Shown here: in pieces, positions 35,701-41,344 of the stretch | Position numbering within the stretch: the first letter of the stretch is position 1 | Layout: each line of letters starts with the position of its first letter | Assembly: GCA_945949405.1 (NCBI GenBank) | Contig: CAMFEP010000002.1 | Location: forward strand, 1-49,794 | Reading direction: 5' to 3' | DNA from: Kiritimatiellales bacterium | GTDB taxonomy: Bacteria; Verrucomicrobiota; Kiritimatiellia; UBA8416; JAIOPI01 | DNA: 49,794 bases | The notes under the pieces: generated by a model | The model's input: only the letters and a program-made list of their open reading frames with translations | Told to the model about the DNA's origin: nothing | The model's database searches: none | Program-made: the position numbers and the translations under genes

Positions 35701-36190
35701 GGATCTCATTGACGCCGCTGCCGTTCATGTTGACGGTGCTGTTGAAGGTGATATTGCCGTTGATGGGATTGATCTCACCCCGCGCCGTACCCGCGGTCGC
35801 CTCGAAATCCACCGCAAAGTCGATCGTTCCCGCGCCGGTGCTGTTGTTTTCAATCTTGGCCTGCGTGCCGCCGTTATCGAAGAAGTCCACGGTGTTTCCA
35901 CGCAAAATGAAGTCGCTGGAACTATTAAAATTGATCCCGTTCATGGAATACGAACCGTTGTTGTTCGTATTGATCAGATTGGCGCTGCCGGAGAAGGTCA
36001 GGGTGCCATAGGTGGGCAGCGTGTCGCTGCTCCAGTTGGCGGCGGTGGTCCAGAAGTTATCCCCGCCCCCGCCATCCCACGTATTCCCGGCGAAAACGAC
36101 GCTGGAGGTGGCGAGAAAAGCGGCGATCAGGAGGCTCCGGGGGAGACAGACACACACCGACCGCAAAAAAGCCAGAAAACTGCGGTGCAT
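29612..36190 (-). CDS. Autotransporter-associated beta-strand repeat (PATR) giant surface protein, upstream segment with signal peptide
   Basis: 2192-aa ORF. ATG 36190 with a signal-like N-terminus (LLIAAFLATSSVVFAGNTWDGGGGDNFW). Many PATR units (GAGTLVLSGTNSYNGNT, GAGTVSLGAAHSYTGNTEI, GAGTVRFSGANSYSANTEI). An internal duplication of about 100 aa. A ConA/LamG-like module (GWSAGW...FDEVRVATNW). Confidence 0.85.
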   Translation of the reverse strand: MHRSFLAFLRSVCVCLPRSLLIAAFLATSSVVFAGNTWDGGGGDNFWTTAANWSSDTLPTYGTLTFSGSANLINTNNNGSYSMNGINFNSSSDFILRGNTVDFFDNGGTQAKIENNSTGAGTIDFAVDFEATAGTARGEINPINGNITFNSTVNMNGSGVNEIHVYGSNSKTLTFNGAISGSSKAFKIKQNNIIVFNSANTYSGNTEIDIGEIWIGASGDISASSSIFVGNGGATADDCKFFLNDSDGGLTFSRTININDGDGTEQNRELGGLNTSGTNTFSGTIVRTGSNNKTVTLYVGSGGTVAFSGDINGDDTVMKRGAGTVRFSGANSYSANTEINAGGLHIAQGGSIAGGTVYVGLGSATGTAAEFLIADTDGGTTVNRALVINPGSGGNRTIGGNNTSGTNTFGGTITRDSDADDESVTLTATSGGLVDYTNTLSGNDTVYVTGGGVTRYSLVGKTYTGATVVSNSSTLRINAANLIDDGSALTVVTGATFDMTNNAETVGSIAGGGSITMGTAQLIAGQDNTSTTFSGIISGASPGSFVKKGTGTLVLSGTNSYNGNTFVVGGSLRFNTNQVANFSGEIRLGETTGSDAATLSIGVGGVAITNAVLVRSGSSGTKTIDGTNSSGTATFSGPVVLSNDVTVAALLSGGTLAFTSAFYGSNGVRTATLNGAGTVSFSGADNNTNLAMSATAGTVQLGKTSSSTVHALDSGLTVGGALVQLTGTGRDQVYSNSALTVNSGRLDLNGKTNACDALNGSGGAITNSTGTSLLIVGSGGTGGSYSGTIVSGGGTIALVKFGAGTLTLSGNSSFGGGTTMGSSAGQININHANALGTGALFINGANNSIDNTSGGTITIPNVFALTNGSPTFVGSNPLRISGGTSISGGNRTITVTANTLTLNGAVSEIGSRQLTKAGAGTLVLGAAAGTWTGGAQLNAGTLSIGNDNALGTGTLTLNGGTIQSTDATRSISNTTVVTASTTVGGTNAFTFNGPGTFTFSGGSRTLTVNNTGTTTINGSAYLSDDNSTTGRGQTLGGTGNVTINGAVANNNAGDTVPVNFTNSNSGTLIFNGTNTYSGVTIANAGTLQINANQGSNFSSAGIRLGDTTGSAAVTLAIGAGGVTVTNAITVRAGSSGTKTIAANNTTGTATFSGPVTMSNALTVAANAGGTLTISGAINNNGSNLTATTTGTINLNGIVSGGGKLVKAGAGTVSLGAAHSYTGNTEIDLGTLSVASGGDIANGSAVFIGNGTSGGNATLDLAASGVDVGSTIQANTDPGAATRTITSTAASGTTTLSGNVNLNNTLYLTATSGSTLALTGRLRLDNSGNQQARFSGNATISGVVTSSTGAAEVYMTGPSTGTLQISGDNTHSGYKLVVYDGTLYLNHTGALGRATSYPDKINFTTNNSTLRVGASMTHASMGMTFAGVSPAFQIDSGITFSVGGAVDKTSGTVTITKTGTGTLTFTGTSVSNDVGMVVGAGTFKGTGVSGTMNVYGGGAINPGSSPGTMNAGATDWGTNGVYVWEINDFAGTYGADPGWDKLNVTGALTVSATTGQTFTVALTSLNGGAAGAAANFTNTTIYTRSIATATSISGFSADKFMIDTNGFQHDLNGGSWVVTNTATTIDLVFTPSGFPNLSAGPNRSFTTMLGSAPATQTFGVTNTNVGTMTYTNTVTYGSGASGWASIAPAPSPLTGGTFLTHTVTVSVVGATGTFHATNTITGNQTNGNQTVVFTLTVTNIPPPAVPTATVDGKEMVRLAWTKITGLDTLILAKTNSITTDPTQGAAYSAGATIDGATVIYKGSGATLEHVVAPSRTNFCKFYAVNNDYYSTNEVGASAVTVAYRTGEIVEAFAYTNGVALSGLAGGQGWSAGWVTGAQGTKLVETNYSATGVPYFPTIGNYPATAANRLHFSDPGNGSTNRAERSFSVISTGKIYAACMLAYQFQGASKWSGISLMSNTTEKVFAGKIGSAANRTLGLDGVGGQTASSPTYEIWPYGAPGDTGKVYVVVLKYDFSTRVLTTKAYDRTQTVPTAEPATWDATDTLAAGDIVTINGVRVHAGSSDLGNTVGESYFDEVRVATNWFELLNMTGPVLDLYPTNLTFTATLGQNPATQTQTFTVSNINAGTMSYTSLVSYSVAATGWLAVAPATGLVGAASGVLSTGTGWRRPITWRAAPTRRPTRCMRARRGLRRWW

Positions 36191-36235
36191 GACCCCTCGT
36201 GTATCCCCAGAAATTTCGGCACTTCGATCTCATAC

Positions 36236-36264
36236 AGTATAGAGAGACGCCCCGAAAAGGTCAA
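36236..36264 (-). promoter_or_regulatory. Candidate sigma70-type promoter of the giant-protein operon
   Basis: Minus strand has TTGACC (36264..36259), an exact 17-nt spacer and TATACT (36241..36236), about 45 nt upstream of ATG 36190, within a locally A/T-rich stretch. Confidence 0.5.
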
Positions 36265-36288
36265 GAAATCATCAAAAACTCCCAATAC

Positions 36289-36310
36289 CATACTATTTTA
36301 GTATAGTATG
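36289..36310. promoter_or_regulatory. A/T-rich palindrome upstream of the operon promoter (candidate operator)
   Basis: CATACTAT-TTTAGT-ATAGTATG has 8-bp inverted arms. It also reads ATACTA-TTT-TAGTAT. It lies about 25 nt upstream of the putative -35. Confidence 0.35.
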
Positions 36311-36466
36311 CATGACTCTTGACGCGTTCTGGCCTTCCCGAATGGATAAACTTGATTCCAGCCAGGCAACCTGGAGCCGGCGGTCCCCGCCGGTATTTTT
36401 TGCACCTTATCCCGACCGCCGTACCTCAAAAAAAGCGGTTTTCACGCCTGCCCCGCTGCCTGCGCT

Positions 36467-38224
36467 TTACTCTGCTGTTGGGACCGAGCCAAATCGCTCA
36501 CCCCTCACGCCCCAGCCCCCCGCCCGCCAAGCCTCGCGACAGGTGAAGCGCTGGGTTTTGCCGCTGGAAGTGCGCGGCAGACGCATCGGCGGCAGCAGGC
36601 AGACGTCGTGCAGCGCCAAATCATGCTCCTCCCACACCAGCCGGCGGATGGCGCGCACGAGCGTGTCGCCATCCTTGGCCACGTCGCCCGACACCTCCAC
36701 GCCGATCACGACCCGCTCCTCTCCCTCAACCTCCACCCCGAACGCGGCCACAGCATGGGGTTGCAACTCAGGATGCGCCCGCGCCGCCGTGCGCTCGATG
36801 TCGTGCGGGTAGTGATTCCGCCCCGCCACGATGATCAGCTCCTTGATTCTCCCCGTCAAAAACAGTTCGCCCTTTTGCAAAAACCCAAGGTCGCCGCTGC
36901 GTAAGAACCTCACCCCGGGATATTCCGGCAGCGCCGCCTGAAAAGAATACTCCCCCTCGGGCGGCATCTTCCAATAGCCGGGCGAAACACTCGGCCCCGC
37001 AATCCATACCTCCCCCACCCGGCCCTCGGGCAGCGCCCCGCCCCGCTCGGGATCGACCACCACCACGCGCATCTCCGGACGCGCCACACCACATCCCACC
37101 AGCATCCGCGCATCATCCTGCGACTCCGGCACCTCGGCCACATGACGCTCCAGCGCGGCCACCGAGAAAGCTCGCACGACGGGCGGAGATTTTTTCTCGC
37201 CTCCGCTGATCATCAACGTCGCCTCCGCCATGCCGTAACAGGCATAAAACGCCTCGCGCCGGAATCCGCAGGGGGCAAAGTATTCGGCGAAGCGCGCGAA
37301 CACATCGGCGCGAATCGGTTCGGCGCCGCAAAAGGCGAGATCCCACCGGGAAAGATCGAGCGTGTCGCGCTGCTCGGGCGTGATCTGCTGTAGACACAAC
37401 TCGTACGCAAAACATGGTCCGCCGCTCGTGGTCGCGCGCGTGTCGCTCACCGCGCGCAGCCAGCGCAACGGGCGCTGCAAAAAAGAAAAGGGCGACATAA
37501 GCGTCACCGGAAACCCGCCGTAGAGCGGCTGCAGAATGCCGCCAATCAACCCCATGTCGTGATACGGGGGCAACCAGATCAGACCATGGCTCTCCGGCGA
37601 ATGCCCGAACGCGTCATAAATCACGCGCGCGTTGTGCAGCAGATTGCCGTGCGTCACGCGTACGCCCTTCGGCGTTCCCGTCGAACCGGACGTGTATTGC
37701 AGAAACGCGATGGCCTCGGCCCCCTGGCACCGCGGTTCGGCATGCGCGCCGTCCCCGGGCGCGCCTCCTGCCGCATCCACCACATGCCAGTCCAGTTCCC
37801 GTAACGCCGGCGTCGCCTCGATCAGCGGTTGCAGGCGCTCAAAGTTCCACGCGTCGGTCAGCGCATAGCGCGGCGCGCAATCCGCCACGATCGCATTGAG
37901 CCGGTGCGGTTCGCGGCGCGGATGCGGCGGGTACGCGGGCACCGCAATCACGCCCGCATAAAAACACCCGTACAGCGCGGCAATATAATCCAGCCCCGGG
38001 CGGCACAAAATCAACGCCCGTTGCCCCGCTGCATCGCGCGCCGCAAACCACGCCGCGATCGCCACCGCCGCGCGGTGCGCCTGCGCGTAGGTCATGGTCT
38101 CGCACCGCGTCGCATCATCCACGCGGAATGTGTAGGCGACGCGCTCGGGCGTCGCGCGCGCCCGCGCCTGGACCAGTTCCGCGAAGGTCCCCGCCTCCGT
38201 CACGCCATCGCTCCCGCGGCCCAT
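36467..38224 (-). CDS. Fatty acyl-AMP ligase (FAAL)
   Basis: 585 aa. The adenylation core FLQYTSGSTGTPKGVRVTHGNLLHN, YGMAEATL, GDLGF and SSGKTQR, plus the N-terminal ALILCRPGLDYIAALYGCFYAGVIAVPAYPP pattern, are typical of FadD32-like FAALs. Its start overlaps the thioesterase stop by 25 nt. Confidence 0.85.
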   Translation of the reverse strand: MGRGSDGVTEAGTFAELVQARARATPERVAYTFRVDDATRCETMTYAQAHRAAVAIAAWFAARDAAGQRALILCRPGLDYIAALYGCFYAGVIAVPAYPPHPRREPHRLNAIVADCAPRYALTDAWNFERLQPLIEATPALRELDWHVVDAAGGAPGDGAHAEPRCQGAEAIAFLQYTSGSTGTPKGVRVTHGNLLHNARVIYDAFGHSPESHGLIWLPPYHDMGLIGGILQPLYGGFPVTLMSPFSFLQRPLRWLRAVSDTRATTSGGPCFAYELCLQQITPEQRDTLDLSRWDLAFCGAEPIRADVFARFAEYFAPCGFRREAFYACYGMAEATLMISGGEKKSPPVVRAFSVAALERHVAEVPESQDDARMLVGCGVARPEMRVVVVDPERGGALPEGRVGEVWIAGPSVSPGYWKMPPEGEYSFQAALPEYPGVRFLRSGDLGFLQKGELFLTGRIKELIIVAGRNHYPHDIERTAARAHPELQPHAVAAFGVEVEGEERVVIGVEVSGDVAKDGDTLVRAIRRLVWEEHDLALHDVCLLPPMRLPRTSSGKTQRFTCREAWRAGGWGVRGERFGSVPTAE

Positions 38225-39054
38225 ACCGTCCGCGCCAGCGCCAGCACCACGCCGTCATCCACGCGCCGCAGGCGGTGCATATACGCCACCCCGCCCTCCC
38301 CGGACGCGTCGATCGTCTCCACCGTCACGTTCTCCTCCGGCCCCAACTCCGCCAAAAACTGAATATCCAGTTCCTGCAGGCGACTCCCGTCCGCAAGCGC
38401 CGGCGGCAGTGTGTCGAGGCACCACGCGATGTATCGCACGTGATTGACGTGCTGATTGAAGTCGAGGTCGCTGCCCCCGGCGCGCCAACTCTGGCTGGCG
38501 ACCGGCGTCGCCCCCGCTGGCCACACCAGGTTCACCTCCGGCAACTCAACCAGACGCGTCCGCCGCGCAAGCGCCACCTCGCGCACAAATCCCGGCAACC
38601 CCACCGGACGGCGCCGCGCGCTGTTCAACACCATCCAGCTCGTCGTGGCCGCCCCGATCTGCCCGCCGGCGCTGTCATAAATGCCGAATTCGCGAAAGGC
38701 GCAGACCCGGTTCAGCTCCGAGGGCCAGGTCTCGATCGTCACGGTGTTATGCCACATGGGCGTGCGCACCAGCACCAGCCGCAATCGGCAGAGCACCCAC
38801 GTCAGCCCTTGCGCCTCCAGCGCCGCAATGCCAAACCCCAGCGCCCGCGCATGGTTGCTGGCGGCGTTTTGTAGATAATTGCAGAGCGCGGGCACGGTCA
38901 ATTCGCGCCGCCCGTTCACCTCGTAGGCGCGAACATCATAGCGCTCCACCCCAATCGCGGGACTGTCCCCGGCTTCGGCAGGGGGCGGTAAATCTGCGTG
39001 TTCCAACACAATTTCTCCGGTTGCGTATTGACGAATTGCGTGGCTTGTTGCCAA
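38200..39054 (-). CDS. Acyl-ACP thioesterase (FatA/FatB family)
   Basis: YEVNGRRELTVPALCNYLQNAASNHA and DLDFNQHVNHVRYIAWCLD match the acyl-ACP thioesterase double hot-dog signature. There is no early ATG: the start is TTG 39054 or a downstream GTG (39009 or 38949). Confidence 0.78.
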   Translation of the reverse strand: MATSHAIRQYATGEIVLEHADLPPPAEAGDSPAIGVERYDVRAYEVNGRRELTVPALCNYLQNAASNHARALGFGIAALEAQGLTWVLCRLRLVLVRTPMWHNTVTIETWPSELNRVCAFREFGIYDSAGGQIGAATTSWMVLNSARRRPVGLPGFVREVALARRTRLVELPEVNLVWPAGATPVASQSWRAGGSDLDFNQHVNHVRYIAWCLDTLPPALADGSRLQELDIQFLAELGPEENVTVETIDASGEGGVAYMHRLRRVDDGVVLALARTVWAAGAMA

Positions 39055-39094
39055 ACTGCCGGGCGATTATAAAGGACGTAGCGCGGGCGAACAA
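39045..39094. promoter_or_regulatory. Compact divergent promoter region (thioesterase/FAAL versus desaturase operon)
   Basis: The ATTATAAA core (39066..39073) reads TATAAA on the plus strand (TTGTTG 17 nt upstream) and a perfect TATAAT on the minus strand (TTGTTC 17 nt upstream). Pattern match only. Confidence 0.3.
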
Positions 39095-39115
39095 CCAGTT
39101 TACAAACACGAAATC

Positions 39116-40093
39116 ATGGACACGACATTTGCCACCGCCGCCGCCCCGCGTAAACCCCTGGTCCATGCGGCCAATATTGCCGCGCACCGCATGCAGCTCG
39201 CGCTGGCCACCGTGGCCGTCGCCCTGCCCACCATGGCCACCGTCCTCGCCTTCGTGCTCTGGCTCGGCTACGGCATCGGGTTTGGCCCGGTCGAGGCCAC
39301 GCTGCTCGCCGGCTTTTACGCGCTGACCATCATCGGCATCGGCTGCGGCTACCACCGGCTCTTCACGCACCAGGCCTACAAAACCACCACCCCCGTGCGC
39401 GTCGTCCTCGCAATCCTCGGCTCCATGGCGTCGCAAGGCCCCGTCCTCTTTTGGTGCGCCATCCACCGCCGGCATCACAACTTCGCCGACACCGACGGCG
39501 ATTCGCATTCACCCTACTTCAACAAGGAAACGCGCATGAACCGGCTCGTCGGTTTCTGGCACGCGCACACCGGCTGGCTCTTCAGCACCGAGGTCACGGA
39601 CTGGGGCCGCTACATCCCCGACCTGCTCAAGGATCGCCCGATCTTCCGCGTGAACCAGCTTTATTTCGTCTGGATCGCCCTCGGCCTCGCAATTCCCGCG
39701 GCCATCGGCGGGCTCGTCCACGGCACCCTCGCCGGCGCCGGCTACGGGCTCCTCTGGGGCGGACTCGTGCGCACGTTTTTCGTCCACCACAGCACGTGGT
39801 GCATCAACTCCGTCTGCCACGTCTTCGGGCGCCGCCCCTTCAAGATCAACGATGAGGCCCGCAACAACTGGTTCGTGGCGATCCTGACCTTCGGTGAGGG
39901 CTGGCACAACAACCACCACGCCTTCCCCTACGCCATGAGCCACCGCTTTAAGTGGTACCAGTACGATCCCAACGGCGGCATCGTCAAACTCCTCGCCAAA
40001 TTCGGCCTCGCTTGGGATTTGCGCAGCCCCAGCGCCGAGGCCGTGCGCGAAAAACTGGCATCAGCGCCTGCGGGCCATAACGCGCCCGGCTGA
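39116..40093 (+). CDS. Membrane fatty-acid (acyl-CoA/acyl-lipid) desaturase, copy 1
   Basis: Three His boxes of Delta9-type desaturases: GYHRLFTH, WCAIHRRHHNFADTDGDSHSP, GEGWHNNHHAFP. N-terminal TM helices. Confidence 0.85.
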   Translation: MDTTFATAAAPRKPLVHAANIAAHRMQLALATVAVALPTMATVLAFVLWLGYGIGFGPVEATLLAGFYALTIIGIGCGYHRLFTHQAYKTTTPVRVVLAILGSMASQGPVLFWCAIHRRHHNFADTDGDSHSPYFNKETRMNRLVGFWHAHTGWLFSTEVTDWGRYIPDLLKDRPIFRVNQLYFVWIALGLAIPAAIGGLVHGTLAGAGYGLLWGGLVRTFFVHHSTWCINSVCHVFGRRPFKINDEARNNWFVAILTFGEGWHNNHHAFPYAMSHRFKWYQYDPNGGIVKLLAKFGLAWDLRSPSAEAVREKLASAPAGHNAPG

Positions 40094-40103
40094 CGGAAAA
40101 CCC

Positions 40104-41069
40104 ATGGACACCGGGGTCACAGCCATACGTGGCGTCATGAAGGCCAGCCCGCAGGCCCGCCGCTACCAGCGCACCATCGCGTTCCTGATTGTGGTGATTC
40201 CCTTCGCGGGCGTGCTTGCCGCGGCGGCGCATCTGTGGGGCTGGCACGTGTCCGCGCTGAATTTGATCCTGCTCGCCGTCATGTACACGCTGACCATCGT
40301 GGGAATTACCGCCGGCTTCCACCGCCACTTCACCCATCGCGCCTTCGAAGCCGCCATCCCGGTGCGCTGGGCCCTCGGCATCCTCGGCTCCATGGCCGGC
40401 CAGGGACCCCTGCTCTTCTGGGTCGCCACCCACCGCCGCCACCATGCCTTCAGCGACCGCGAGGGCGACCCGCATTCCCCGCACACCGACGGCCACACCC
40501 CCATCCACGGCATCTGGCGCGGCATCTGGCACGCGCACCTGGGCTGGATGTTCTCCGATGAAATCACCAGCTGGCCGCATTACGCGGCGGACCATATGCG
40601 CGACAAGCTGACCTTCCGCCTGAACCAGACCTACTTTTTCTGGCTGTTCCTGGGCCTGGCCCTGCCCGCGGCAATCGGCGGCCTCGTGACGATGCGCTGG
40701 TCCGGCGCCTTGAGCGGGTTCCTCTGGGGCGGACTCGTCCGCATGTTCCTCGCCAATCACGTCTGCTGGTGCGTTGGTTCCGTCTGCCACGCGTTCGGCA
40801 CTCGGCCCTTCCAAAATCGCGACCACAGCGCCAACAATTACGTCGTCGCCCTGCTGGCCTTCGGCGAAGGCCTGCAAAATAACCATCACGCCTTTCCCGG
40901 CTCCGCCAACCACCGCGTCGCCTGGTGGGAACCGGATTTGAGCAGCTGGATCATCCACGGCTTGAAAAAACTCGGACTGGTCTGGTCGGTCCGCGTGCCG
41001 ACTCACGAGGAAGTCGAAGAGGCCCGCCGGGCCACCACCATCAACACACCCGCGGAGGCAAGCGCATGA
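40104..41069 (+). CDS. Membrane fatty-acid desaturase, copy 2 (tandem paralog)
   Basis: Same His boxes (GFHRHFTH, WVATHRRHHAFSDREGDPHSP, GEGLQNNHHAFP). Starts 10 nt after copy 1. Its stop overlaps the ACP start as ATGA. Confidence 0.85.
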   Translation: MDTGVTAIRGVMKASPQARRYQRTIAFLIVVIPFAGVLAAAAHLWGWHVSALNLILLAVMYTLTIVGITAGFHRHFTHRAFEAAIPVRWALGILGSMAGQGPLLFWVATHRRHHAFSDREGDPHSPHTDGHTPIHGIWRGIWHAHLGWMFSDEITSWPHYAADHMRDKLTFRLNQTYFFWLFLGLALPAAIGGLVTMRWSGALSGFLWGGLVRMFLANHVCWCVGSVCHAFGTRPFQNRDHSANNYVVALLAFGEGLQNNHHAFPGSANHRVAWWEPDLSSWIIHGLKKLGLVWSVRVPTHEEVEEARRATTINTPAEASA

Positions 41070-41344
41070 ATGCCGAAACCCCGATTGTCAGGGCGCCGTC
41101 CGAAGCCGAGATCCGCACCTGGATCATCCGCAACGTCGCGAACGCCGCAAAAATTCCCGAGGCGCAGCTCGACATCCACACGCCGCTCGCCGAGTACGGT
41201 CTCAATTCGCGCCAGGCCGTCGGCCTTTCAGGCGCCCTCGAGGAATGGCTGAAGCGCGAACTCGATCCGACCCTCGTCTGGGATCATCCGAGCATCGAGC
41301 AGCTCGCGCGCCATCTCTCCCAACTCAAACCCGCCGACGCGTGA
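41066..41344 (+). CDS. Stand-alone acyl carrier protein
   Basis: 92 aa. Phosphopantetheine-site context EYGLNSRQAV and LVWDHPSIEQLARHL, typical of PKS/FAAL-associated carrier domains. GGAGG lies 7 nt upstream of ATG 41066. Confidence 0.75.
   Translation: MNAETPIVRAPSEAEIRTWIIRNVANAAKIPEAQLDIHTPLAEYGLNSRQAVGLSGALEEWLKRELDPTLVWDHPSIEQLARHLSQLKPADA

Noticed and set aside
25659-36301. Many long plus-strand ORFs (e.g. 29870..32554 at 894 aa, 26449..27645, 28182..29792, 35156..36301)
   Set aside because: All are antisense to the PATR giant gene, whose repeats are unmistakable. The ORFs are Arg/Pro/Val-rich with no motifs.
39984-41006. 340-aa minus-strand ORF
   Set aside because: It is antisense to desaturase copy 2, whose three His boxes are intact. 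Its composition is typical of antisense high-GC ORFs. The same applies to 39509..39943 and 38936..39508.
41245-41340. ATG 41245 as the KS start
   Set aside because: It would overlap the ACP gene by 100 nt and add an Arg/Ser-rich leader unrelated to KS domains. GTG 41341 gives the usual short N-terminus before IAIIGIGCRFPG and a GTGA coupling. The ATG is not excluded.
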